From an uncultured Bacillales bacterium (GTDB lineage: Bacteria; Bacillota_I; Bacilli_A; RFN20; CAG-826): a stretch of 64,000 bases of DNA. Every line of letters begins with the position of its first letter. Position 1 is the first letter of the stretch. Under the pieces are notes generated by a model. The model was not told the DNA's origin. It worked only from the letters and a program-made list of their open reading frames with translations, and ran no database searches. This document shows positions 15,481 through 24,823 of this stretch, piece after piece. A program made the translations under genes and the position numbers. The stretch is from contig CAMJAG010000002.1 in the NCBI GenBank assembly GCA_946403545.1, positions 4,600 to 68,599 of the forward strand. The letters run 5' to 3'.

Positions 15481-17544
15481 TTAATCAGCTAATTCGGATA
15501 ATGTGATGTCTGTGCCAGAGCAGATTTTAGCACTCATCTTCTTTTTACCACTAGTTGATTCATAACCAGTGGAAATAACGACTGTGTTAGTCATTTTCTT
15601 ACGTTTTGCAGTAACTTGAATTGTGTAAGCCTTATTTGGATTACTTTCATCAAGGTTAGCGTATTCAGCGCCTTTTTCGTTGAAGTAGTAAGATCCACCA
15701 GTGAAGAACTTATAGCTACGGCATGTGTTAATACCATATGTAACTAAGATTTCTTGGTCAACTGTGAATCTAATAACGCTTGAAGAATATCTTAATCCTG
15801 CGTTTTTGCTACCACCATAGCTAGCTGGATCATCATTCATTGTTTTACAATTGTCTGTTCCAAAACCAGCGTAGAAGATAGGAGCGTTAGATGTATTGTA
15901 GAAAGGATAAGCATCATTGTACTTATTGATTTCTTCAGAACCACCTTCGCCGATTTCTTCTGGTTGATTGTTATAGCTACTTGTGAATGGATAGCAGAAT
16001 ACATCATCAGTAATCTTTACTAAGACTTGTGGATAGTGTTTGCTATTAAATTGAGCACCTGTCACTTCAATAGGTCTAATTTCGTGACCACGAGAAATGA
16101 TTGTTGTGTCTCTATTTGGGTTTGGATTTAATGTGTGGTATGAAATACCTTGCATTTGATAACATCCACCATAACTTGAAATTGCGCCAATAACTTGGAC
16201 ATAGTCGCCAGTTTTAATTGGAGTTTCAGAATATGTGAAGACGTATAATCCATATGGATCGCTAGCTGCTAAATCAGCTGCGGAGTAAGATGGCTTATCT
16301 TGAATATAGAAAGATGTACCAACCTTACGTGTAACGTAACCTTTAACTTTGTATAAAGATTTTTTATTACAATAAATTGAATCTGGATAGTATTTTAAGT
16401 CAGCGTCATCATGTGTACCACTTGTGTAAAGACGGGACATTGATAATTCATCGACTTCTACTTTTTCATAATCAAAGTAGTTGTCATCTTCTTTATCAGA
16501 GTAAATGTGACGTTTATTTGCTTTTGCAGATAAGTTTGCTTTATCGAAATATCTATAGAAATAGTCACCTGTATCTTCTGGAGAACCGACACCGAATGAG
16601 AATCCTTGATAGACCATTTCAAGATTTAAGCATCTGAAATCGTTTTTTGTTGGGTTATCAACTGTTGCATACCAAACATAAGCTAAGCTTCTTTGGTTAC
16701 CATCAGCAGTTGCATAGTATGTACCTTGTTCACTAGAACCTAATTTGAGATCTTCTAATGTCATTTTATCACCATTTAAGCTAGCGGATTGACCAACAAG
16801 GATTAAGCTTGTAACGCCTGCGTATGTAGGAGTTACGTCTAAATATTTAAGTAAGGAGGAATCGCCTGAGTAAATGTATTTTGAATAGTAAGATGCAGTT
16901 AAGCCCCACTTTTCAATTTCACTTGTAGATTCAGGTGTATCAATACCTAAATAACGAATTTTAATTGTGTAACCTAAGTTTTTAGCTTCAACGTGTGTTG
17001 TATCGCCATCAACATAGTTTACGAAAGCATCGGAATCAACTTTTTGTCCTTTGTTATATTTTTTAGGAGCATTAGCTTGTTCGATACCACATCTACGGAA
17101 GTCGAGATTTTCTTTCTTATCAGTAGATGGTTTTGATGGATTCATAACTTCGTTAAAGACAGCATCAGAAATGTTGAGTTTGAATTTTTCAACAAAATCA
17201 ACACCTGGATCAACATCATAACTTGCCTTTAATTTGTTAGTTCCAGAAGTAATTTTTGTGGAATAAATTGCGGAACCATCTTCGTTTTTCTTAACGAGTT
17301 CACAATCTACACCATTATTAGTAACACTACCAATGAAGAAGTCTTCACTAGGTGTAACTGTAAATGTTAATGTATCGCCTGGTTTAACAGCGTTTGCTTC
17401 AGCGGAGAAATTAGATAATCTACCATAAATTGATGTAGTAGTTGTATCTAAATAGGATGTCTCAACTTTTTTAGTTTGTTGACAACCTGCTAAAGCGAAT
17501 CCTGCAATAACAAGGCCAATAACGTATTTGAAATTCTTTTTCAT
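15481..17544 (-). CDS. surface lipoprotein with a staphylococcal (micrococcal) nuclease-like domain and OB-fold-like modules
   Basis: Lipobox LAGC. SNase core: VDGDTTHV...IRYLGIDTPE...(insert)...NQRSLAYVWY...LNLEMVYQGFS, corresponding to the GDT / R-L-x-x-x-DTPE / R-x-L-A-Y elements of thermonuclease. A downstream OB-like segment reads YKVKGYVTRKVGTSFYIQD...GDYVQVIGAISSYGG. Confidence 0.8.
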   Translation of the reverse strand: MKKNFKYVIGLVIAGFALAGCQQTKKVETSYLDTTTTSIYGRLSNFSAEANAVKPGDTLTFTVTPSEDFFIGSVTNNGVDCELVKKNEDGSAIYSTKITSGTNKLKASYDVDPGVDFVEKFKLNISDAVFNEVMNPSKPSTDKKENLDFRRCGIEQANAPKKYNKGQKVDSDAFVNYVDGDTTHVEAKNLGYTIKIRYLGIDTPESTSEIEKWGLTASYYSKYIYSGDSSLLKYLDVTPTYAGVTSLILVGQSASLNGDKMTLEDLKLGSSEQGTYYATADGNQRSLAYVWYATVDNPTKNDFRCLNLEMVYQGFSFGVGSPEDTGDYFYRYFDKANLSAKANKRHIYSDKEDDNYFDYEKVEVDELSMSRLYTSGTHDDADLKYYPDSIYCNKKSLYKVKGYVTRKVGTSFYIQDKPSYSAADLAASDPYGLYVFTYSETPIKTGDYVQVIGAISSYGGCYQMQGISYHTLNPNPNRDTTIISRGHEIRPIEVTGAQFNSKHYPQVLVKITDDVFCYPFTSSYNNQPEEIGEGGSEEINKYNDAYPFYNTSNAPIFYAGFGTDNCKTMNDDPASYGGSKNAGLRYSSSVIRFTVDQEILVTYGINTCRSYKFFTGGSYYFNEKGAEYANLDESNPNKAYTIQVTAKRKKMTNTVVISTGYESTSGKKKMSAKICSGTDITLSELAD

Positions 17545-17563
17545 ACTTTATAAATCCTTATTA

Positions 17564-19075
17564 TTATGCAGCGGACTTGCATTGGTTGAATGCATATGTG
17601 AATGCATCATCAATAGAACGGTTTTCAAGATATGTGTACTTGATTAAGCTACCAATTTGAGTTCTAGCTGTACCAGATCCAACAAATGTTGGAGATGTGT
17701 AATAGTAGTCTTTTAATGTGGATGTAATTGATGGAATAGCGTATTTTAAGCCTTCATCTTTTAATGCGATCCAGCTCTTGTAGTTTGCTGTATCGTAACA
17801 AGAGATTCTAATTGGGTCATATGAGTTTTCAAGTGCTAATGCTGTGTTATTTTCTGTATCAGCAAGCATCTTATAGAATAACCATGCTCCCTTGTGAATG
17901 TAGTCATCATCGTTATTGAAGAAACAAATGGATGGACCTTGTTGGATATATTTTGGAGTTTCTCCATAGTATGGAACAGGTGCTAAATCGACTTGGAAGT
18001 TACTTGAAATGTTATAGCTAGAACCACCAGTAGAACCGATAGTCATAACGAGTTTTGCTTCACCAAAGTAATCGTTAGTGTATTTTGTACCACCTAAGCT
18101 ACCTTTAGTGACCATAACTTTATCTTTAACGTTTTGTAAAACGTCACCGACAAATGCTTTAGCATCGGCATTAACGAATGCGAAGTGTTGTTTTGGATCA
18201 CTTCTACTTGCATCATCGTTGACTGTATAAGGGATGCCTCTTTGTGCAAATTGAGTAATGAACATATTTGCATCAGAGTCATAACCGATTGGATAGAATT
18301 CACCAGCAACTTGGTTATCGCTTCTATCTTTAATGATTTTTTTACCAAGAGCAATCATGTCATCCCATTTTGTTGGAACTGTGTATGTATAACCTTGATG
18401 GCCAACAACATATTCTTTTAATGCAGCTAAATCTGTATCATATGTTGCGCTCTTTTCTCTTGTTTTACCTTCAACTTTTGCAACTAAACCAGCAAAAGTA
18501 GAATCGTTTGCGAATTTTACTTTATTTTGTTCATTTAAGCCATCCATATATGCACGGTTATAGTACATAACTTCAGTTGATTTATACATAGGCATGGACC
18601 AAACACCATCAAATTGATATTGGTTACCTTCAGCATAATATCCAGGAACAAAGTCAGCGATTTCGCTATCTTTGTAACCGAAGTTTGGATCTTTAAGGAA
18701 GTTGTCTAATCTTAACAATGAAGAATCTGCTAAATCTTTTGAAATGTATTCAGCAAAGCTGTCTGGATAGCCCATTGCTAATGCTGGAACTTCACCAGAA
18801 GATAATTTTGTTTTAGCAGCAGAATGTAAACCATCATAGTCACCAGCTAAGTGAACGAGGTTCATTTTGTATTTGCCTGCATATAAAGCATCAAATTTGT
18901 CTGCGACCTTTCTAAGTTCATCAGTTTTAGCATGACCTAAGCAGTGCCAGAAAGTGATTTCAACTTCTTTTGCAGGATCGTCAGTTGGTAGATTTCTATC
19001 GACATCGACAGTTCCACCACATGCTGTTAATGTTAACAATGCACTAGCAGCAATCAATAATAATTTTTTACGCAT
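17564..19075 (-). CDS. ABC transporter substrate-binding lipoprotein (family 1 / CUT1-like)
   Basis: 503 aa, lipobox LTACGG. Size, position next to MalF/G-like permeases and overall pattern fit a sugar-type SBP. Substrate unknown. Confidence 0.75.
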   Translation of the reverse strand: MRKKLLLIAASALLTLTACGGTVDVDRNLPTDDPAKEVEITFWHCLGHAKTDELRKVADKFDALYAGKYKMNLVHLAGDYDGLHSAAKTKLSSGEVPALAMGYPDSFAEYISKDLADSSLLRLDNFLKDPNFGYKDSEIADFVPGYYAEGNQYQFDGVWSMPMYKSTEVMYYNRAYMDGLNEQNKVKFANDSTFAGLVAKVEGKTREKSATYDTDLAALKEYVVGHQGYTYTVPTKWDDMIALGKKIIKDRSDNQVAGEFYPIGYDSDANMFITQFAQRGIPYTVNDDASRSDPKQHFAFVNADAKAFVGDVLQNVKDKVMVTKGSLGGTKYTNDYFGEAKLVMTIGSTGGSSYNISSNFQVDLAPVPYYGETPKYIQQGPSICFFNNDDDYIHKGAWLFYKMLADTENNTALALENSYDPIRISCYDTANYKSWIALKDEGLKYAIPSITSTLKDYYYTSPTFVGSGTARTQIGSLIKYTYLENRSIDDAFTYAFNQCKSAA

Positions 19076-19086
19076 AAAGATTCCTC

Positions 19087-20040
19087 CTAACCCTTAATGC
19101 CAGCACGGCCGACACCGCGCATGATGTATTTTCTGAAAAATACGAACAATAGTAATAATGGAACGGTAACGATAACAGTAGCAGCCATTTGTGCACCATA
19201 ATCGTCAACGTTATCTGCAACAGAGAATGTTTCTCTTAAGCCGTTTGTGATTAAGTAGACGTTCTTATTACCTGTTGCGATTAAGTTTGGCCACACGTAT
19301 GAGTTCCATGCGCCCATTAACTTAAGAATAAAGATAGTAGTTAAAGTTGGCATTGCTAAAGGTACCATAACTTGCCATAAGAATGACCAGTCTGATTTAC
19401 CATCAACTTTAGCTGCTAAGTATAATTCGTTAGGGATTTGCTTGAAGTTTTGTCTTAAAAGGTAGATGTAGAAGACACTCACCATGAAAGGCAAAATCAT
19501 CGCAGCAAAGTTACCAACGTAATTATTCATTTGAGTGAATCCAAGTCTTGAAACGGAAATGTAGTTAGAAATAACCATCATTTCACCAGGAATCATCATT
19601 GTGCCTAATAAAATTGTAAATACTAGGTCTTTGCCTTTGAAATTAAGTCTAGCGAATGCGAAAGCCGCTAGAATTGTTGTAACTAAAGTACCAATTGTAC
19701 TTAAGATACCAACTAATAATGTGTTTCTTAATAATGTTACGAAATCAAGTCTTGTTAAAGCTTCGCCATAGTTTGCCCAACGAATTGTCATTGGGAAGAA
19801 TGTTGGAACTAAACGTTTGATTTCTGCACCAGTTTTTAAGGATGTAATAATCATCCAATAGAATGGGAAGACGATGAGAACTCCCATTACTGTTAAGAAT
19901 GCATAGATAATAACCAAAGAGATGATATGAACAATCTTATCAATTCTTTGTTTAGTCTCTACTGATTGATTGCCACCGCGTAGTACTAAGACCATATCAG
20001 ATGTGTCGGCAGCGTATTTAAATGTTTCGTTGCTTTTCAT
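19087..20040 (-). CDS. ABC transporter permease (MalG/UgpE-like)
   Basis: 317 aa, about 6 TM helices, EAA-type loop AAKVDGKSDWSFLWQVMVPLAMP. Confidence 0.85.
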   Translation of the reverse strand: MKSNETFKYAADTSDMVLVLRGGNQSVETKQRIDKIVHIISLVIIYAFLTVMGVLIVFPFYWMIITSLKTGAEIKRLVPTFFPMTIRWANYGEALTRLDFVTLLRNTLLVGILSTIGTLVTTILAAFAFARLNFKGKDLVFTILLGTMMIPGEMMVISNYISVSRLGFTQMNNYVGNFAAMILPFMVSVFYIYLLRQNFKQIPNELYLAAKVDGKSDWSFLWQVMVPLAMPTLTTIFILKLMGAWNSYVWPNLIATGNKNVYLITNGLRETFSVADNVDDYGAQMAATVIVTVPLLLLFVFFRKYIMRGVGRAGIKG

Positions 20041-20041
20041 A

Positions 20042-20992
20042 CTAATAGTGAACCCTCTTCTTACTTACTTTATTTTGTACAACCGTGAATATCATAATAA
20101 TGATAAACAGGAAGATTGACGCAGCGGATGCGTATTGGACTTTATTCTTTGCAACTTGGTCGTAAATAAAGAAGACCATGGTTTGCATTGAAGTTGGACC
20201 TGTGTTGATATCAAATGAACCACCACCAGCGCCGAATAAACCAATAACTGAGTTGTATTCTTTAAATGCACCGATGAATGATGTAATCATCATGTATAAA
20301 ATTTGTGGAGATAATAATGGAATTGTAATCTTCCATGCAGTTTTAATTTTGCCAGTGCTATCGATTTGAGCAGCTTCGTAGTATTGTTTATCAATATTTT
20401 GTAAACCACCTAAGAAAATCAAAATCTTGTATGGTAATGAATGCCATACAATGTAGAAACAAATTGCGAATAATGCTCTAGGATAAGCAACTGTTGCACC
20501 TGTAATTGGAGATGGAGTAATCCAAGTTAAGTTTGGACTTCTCAAAATGGAGTTGATAATACCATAGTCGGAAGAGAAGATAACTGAGAAAACCATACCA
20601 ATAGCGATTGCGTTAGTAACATAAGGCATGAAGAAGACTGTTTGGAAGAACTTCTTTAATGGTTTAATGCTATTTAATGCAATTGCGATTACAAGTGAAA
20701 GAATGATAGAACATGGAACAGTAATAATTGTGAGAACCAATGTGTTTGGTAATGCAGTTTTCATAACCAATTCAAACATTGAACCAGCACCACCACCAAG
20801 GCTGCCCCATGGTGTTAAGACAGATGCGTAGTTATCTAGTGTGAAACCAGAGAACTTACCTGTCATGTAGTTATAGTCTTTTAAGAATGAGACGAAGAAA
20901 GTGTTGATAATAGGGAAAAATGTAAACACCGATAACAATATGATTACCGGAGCTAAATATAACCAACCTTTCCAATTGTTCTTGCTTTCCAT
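20042..20992 (-). CDS. ABC transporter permease (MalF/UgpA-like)
   Basis: 316 aa, about 6 TM helices, EAA-type loop EAAQIDSTGKIKTAWKITIPLLSP. Confidence 0.85.
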   Translation of the reverse strand: MESKNNWKGWLYLAPVIILLSVFTFFPIINTFFVSFLKDYNYMTGKFSGFTLDNYASVLTPWGSLGGGAGSMFELVMKTALPNTLVLTIITVPCSIILSLVIAIALNSIKPLKKFFQTVFFMPYVTNAIAIGMVFSVIFSSDYGIINSILRSPNLTWITPSPITGATVAYPRALFAICFYIVWHSLPYKILIFLGGLQNIDKQYYEAAQIDSTGKIKTAWKITIPLLSPQILYMMITSFIGAFKEYNSVIGLFGAGGGSFDINTGPTSMQTMVFFIYDQVAKNKVQYASAASIFLFIIIMIFTVVQNKVSKKRVHY

Positions 20993-20994
20993 AA

Positions 20995-22476
20995 TTACTT
21001 AGTTCTAATGCGTTCTTCAGTTTGACCGTCGAATACGAAGATCTTTTGTGGTTTTATGCCAACTTTAGCTTCGCCAATGTTGACTTTGATAAGGGAATCG
21101 ATAATAACTTTTGCTTCAGCACCAACTAAATTAGGGTTTGTGCAAACAAGAGATAAATCTCTACCCATTGTAACGATTTGATTGACATTGAGTGTTAAAA
21201 CTCTGTCTTTTGCAGGAACATCTTCACCACATAAGAAACCTTCAGGTCTAATTGCAGCGAAAACTTTATATCCATCTTCGTAGTTAGCGAATGCTGGATC
21301 TGCAAAAATCTTTTCATTTCCGATATATAATGCACCCTTCTTGAGAGTAGCGGAGAATACATTGATTGGAGGTGTACCTAAGAATTTAGCAACGAATAAG
21401 TTTGCAGGATCGTTATAAACGTCTTGTGGATTACCACGTTGCATTTGAACACCGAGTTTCATAACGACGATATCGTCACAGATTGACATAGCTTCTTCTT
21501 GGTCGTGAGTAACGAAAATCGTTGTAATTCCTGTTTCTTTTTGGATTCTTCTAATTTCTTCACGTGTTTGTAAACGCAAACGAGCATCCAAGTTAGAAAG
21601 AGGTTCGTCGAGTAATAAAACTCTTGGTTTCTTAACCAAAGCACGAGCGATAGCGACACGTTGTTGTTGGCCACCGGACAATTCGCTTGGTTTTCTTAAT
21701 AAATATTCATCAATTTGAACTAAACGAGATGTTTCTTGGACTAAAGCGTCGATTTCATCTTTGTTGAGTTTGCGTTTGACAGGAATAGTATTTCCTTCAG
21801 CATTATGAATATAGAATTTTTCATCAACGCTGAAACCTTTCTTTTCTAAACCTGCGATGATAGCTTCATTTTCAGCAGTTAAATCTCTAACAGCGAGATC
21901 TCTTGCTTCATGTAATGTAGTTTCATCGTCGACATATTTGTATAAAATCTTAAAGATTTTTTCAGCAATTGAAGTAACGATATGATATTTGAAGACTAAC
22001 TTTCTAGCAGTCATGTCTTTAGAATATTTGTCTTTGAATGAGCTTGTACGAATAATATGTGTAATATCGTCTAAGTCATTTTCAAGTAAATTGATTACTA
22101 AAGTATTGTCTTCAACTTTCTTTGCTTTTTTATTTGTGACAACGTTTAAGTTTGTTAATGGGAACTTAACGTTATCGTAAACAGTCATATGAGGATATAA
22201 AGCATAGTTTTGGAAAACTAAACCGATTTCTCTCTTTTCTGGAGTTAAATGTGTAACGTCATCATCACCGAACCAGATTTCACCATCAGTAGGTGCTTTT
22301 AATCCAGCAATCATGTAAAGAGTGGTTGACTTACCACAACCAGAAGGACCTAAAAGACCAATAAGCTTTCCACTTTCAATATCCAAGTTTAAATCGGAAA
22401 CCGCAGTAGAATCAGGAATATTCTTCTTTGGATTTCCAGGGAAAACCTTAGTCAAATTTTTTAATTTGATTTCCAT
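20995..22476 (-). CDS. ABC transporter ATPase (MalK/UgpC/MsmK-like) with a ~125 aa insertion in the helical subdomain
   Basis: Walker [11 protein letters not shown]-loop [13 protein letters not shown], signature [14 protein letters not shown], Walker [13 protein letters not shown]-loop FVTHDQ and a C-terminal MalK-type regulatory domain. About 160 residues separate the Q-loop from the signature, versus roughly 35-40 in canonical MalK. Confidence 0.88.
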   Translation of the reverse strand: MEIKLKNLTKVFPGNPKKNIPDSTAVSDLNLDIESGKLIGLLGPSGCGKSTTLYMIAGLKAPTDGEIWFGDDDVTHLTPEKREIGLVFQNYALYPHMTVYDNVKFPLTNLNVVTNKKAKKVEDNTLVINLLENDLDDITHIIRTSSFKDKYSKDMTARKLVFKYHIVTSIAEKIFKILYKYVDDETTLHEARDLAVRDLTAENEAIIAGLEKKGFSVDEKFYIHNAEGNTIPVKRKLNKDEIDALVQETSRLVQIDEYLLRKPSELSGGQQQRVAIARALVKKPRVLLLDEPLSNLDARLRLQTREEIRRIQKETGITTIFVTHDQEEAMSICDDIVVMKLGVQMQRGNPQDVYNDPANLFVAKFLGTPPINVFSATLKKGALYIGNEKIFADPAFANYEDGYKVFAAIRPEGFLCGEDVPAKDRVLTLNVNQIVTMGRDLSLVCTNPNLVGAEAKVIIDSLIKVNIGEAKVGIKPQKIFVFDGQTEERIRTK

Positions 22477-22542
22477 ATGTTTGCCTCCGCAAAATTATTA
22501 TAAATTACCAGAAGTCTTTTTCATAGAAAAATATATAATATT

Positions 22543-23511
22543 TTATTTAATAATGAAATCTTTATTTTCTATGCTAACCTTTTCAAGATTGCTCTTACTA
22601 AATTGTCTTTCACCTTCGTCCAAATAAATATGTTGGTTAGAAGTATCTACAAAGTAATCATTGAAAATGTAATTAGTTAATGATTGGTTTGTTTTAGTTA
22701 AAAACATCATTCCAATTGAGATAAAACTTGGAATTAAAAATGCCACGACATTGAGATAAACAAACACTAATAAATTGAATAAAGTTCTTAGAATGAATGT
22801 GAGTTTTTTAGGAGTTAGAGCATGGATATCTAGCAAACCAATTTTGCTTAATTTCATGCCGATAGTTGATCTTCCTCTCTTAAAGAGAGTTAGTGGCAAT
22901 AAGAGGTAATATATAAGGTAGAAAAATGTTGCAGAAGAGATGATTTCCACCATTACTTTCCAGAAGTCAAAGCGGGTTAAATCAAAATACTTAGAATTGT
23001 AAAATAAATAACCTAAAGAATGATCATCGATTTCTGTCTTATAAAAATCTAAAAGATAAGCTGGTTGGACTTCATTCTCCACTACTTGGCCTTCTTTTTC
23101 TATGAAAAGATGTACTCCTTCTGTTGTTGCTTTAAGCTTTCTTTCAGAATATTCAGTTAGGTGTTTTGTGTCCGTAAAGAAATCTGGATTAGCGTAAAAT
23201 TCATCGATACAAGTGACTAAGAACTCCTTCTTTTCTTGAATTGATGTGAACTCGTTTGAATCATCTATATATTTAGTTACAACTTTGTTGTCCTTATATA
23301 ATTTTGATTCATTTCGAAGTGTTATTAACTGATTCTCTTTTGACTTGTACCAGCCTGAATTATTTACAATTGAGTTAATAACTGTGAAGAAAATAAGAGA
23401 AGTTAAAAGCCAAATAGATATGTCAAAAAAGTGCGACAAAACGCGTTTAGATAAAGGAGCTTTATCATAGACTACTTCTATCTTTTTTGATTCGTTATTC
23501 TGGCTTTCCAT
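22543..23511 (-). CDS. RDD-family-like membrane protein with a large extracytoplasmic insert
   Basis: 322 aa. TM1 (FFDISIWLLTSLIFFTVI), a ~150 aa hydrophilic region, then an RDD-like segment KRGRSTIGMKLSKIGLL plus TM helices. The C-terminus (TKTNQSLTNYIFNDYFVDT) is homologous to that of the upstream paralog. Confidence 0.55.
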   Translation of the reverse strand: MESQNNESKKIEVVYDKAPLSKRVLSHFFDISIWLLTSLIFFTVINSIVNNSGWYKSKENQLITLRNESKLYKDNKVVTKYIDDSNEFTSIQEKKEFLVTCIDEFYANPDFFTDTKHLTEYSERKLKATTEGVHLFIEKEGQVVENEVQPAYLLDFYKTEIDDHSLGYLFYNSKYFDLTRFDFWKVMVEIISSATFFYLIYYLLLPLTLFKRGRSTIGMKLSKIGLLDIHALTPKKLTFILRTLFNLLVFVYLNVVAFLIPSFISIGMMFLTKTNQSLTNYIFNDYFVDTSNQHIYLDEGERQFSKSNLEKVSIENKDFIIK

Positions 23512-24823
23512 CTTCTTTAGGTGTTTCGTTATTTAATAATCTTTCGCCATCCACTACTGCGGTTTCAAAGTCTCTTGTATCTTTAACAACCATATTTGAA
23601 ATTAAGAGTGCTAGCGTTTGATTTTTCTTAGTAATAATTAAAATTATTATACTTGCAACAAGTAGGACTAATGAGAATATTTCAAATGTAAAGAAATTCA
23701 GTGGTCCCACTAGTGGCAGATTTAAAACTCCAATATATCCTGTGAAGAACAATGCTATAGCCATACTTGCCAAATAGACAAAGTAATTCACCACATGATA
23801 AAGAATAATATTAACAGGCTTAGGTGTCATTTCATCATTTCTTGCTAAAGCAAGATTCAATGTCTTTTGACATAAAGTAATGTATGATCCAGACATTGCT
23901 CTACCGATGAATAATACAGCGATATAGCCTACTGTATAAGCGATAATATATGCGACAAAACCAACCATCGCTAAAGCGTGATATGCAGAATAGAATTCTT
24001 TTTCAAATCCCTTATAAGTAACAGAATACTTTTCAACTTCATCAATACCCGTTTGAATACCATTCTTGTAGCAAGTTACAAGGTCAGTATACAAAGTATT
24101 AGCAGTCTCATTAGTAGCATCAGAATAAACAAGTTTATTTATAAGCGCTTGTGTGTTTTCTTTGTTTAAAACAGCGTAAATAGGGAGAGTATCCTTATAA
24201 GTTTGATATTCCTCTACATCTTCTTTAACAAAGTTATCTTTGAATCCTTCTTTAGAAGTATATCCAAATTTATTTTCATATGTACCTATAACTATGTTTT
24301 TAATATTTTCAGGGTTTTTTTCGATAGGTTTAATATCACGCCCATATGTAAAATCATTCAAGTTTTCTAAGTGATAAACAGCCCAGAAATATACGACATT
24401 ATTTAATGAATGTTTATCGTATTCATTTATGAATGTTTCTTCTACACTAACTTTGTGAGTTGTATCATAAGTAGAATCTTCTTTTTCTACTGGATACGCT
24501 ATGTCATAGACATATGCACTAGTTTTAACTAAAGAAACAACATAGTTTTTAGCATCCACCGCTACTTCTCTAGTCATTTGAGTTTCAGTATCATAATGCA
24601 TTAAGTGAGTTCTATTAATAAACTTCTTTGCATCTACTGTAACTGTGTTATACTTTTCAACGTTTTGAGTGGATACAGGTAATTTAGAACCACCTAAAAG
24701 AGTTAAATAGAATATTAATAAAGAGGATATAAAAACCAGACCAAAATCTAAAGCCATTGAAATAAAGACTCTAGTTTTCTTAGCAATTACATTGTTTTTA
24801 TATTTACTTACTGTCTCAATCAT
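23495..24823 (-). CDS. RDD-family-like membrane protein, longer paralog
   Basis: 442 aa with the same architecture: TM1, a ~250 aa hydrophilic insert, then a TM bundle. C-terminal TKKNQTLALLISNMVVKDT aligns with the 322 aa protein. It overlaps its neighbours by 17 nt and 1 nt. Confidence 0.5.
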   Translation of the reverse strand: MIETVSKYKNNVIAKKTRVFISMALDFGLVFISSLLIFYLTLLGGSKLPVSTQNVEKYNTVTVDAKKFINRTHLMHYDTETQMTREVAVDAKNYVVSLVKTSAYVYDIAYPVEKEDSTYDTTHKVSVEETFINEYDKHSLNNVVYFWAVYHLENLNDFTYGRDIKPIEKNPENIKNIVIGTYENKFGYTSKEGFKDNFVKEDVEEYQTYKDTLPIYAVLNKENTQALINKLVYSDATNETANTLYTDLVTCYKNGIQTGIDEVEKYSVTYKGFEKEFYSAYHALAMVGFVAYIIAYTVGYIAVLFIGRAMSGSYITLCQKTLNLALARNDEMTPKPVNIILYHVVNYFVYLASMAIALFFTGYIGVLNLPLVGPLNFFTFEIFSLVLLVASIIILIITKKNQTLALLISNMVVKDTRDFETAVVDGERLLNNETPKEDGKPE

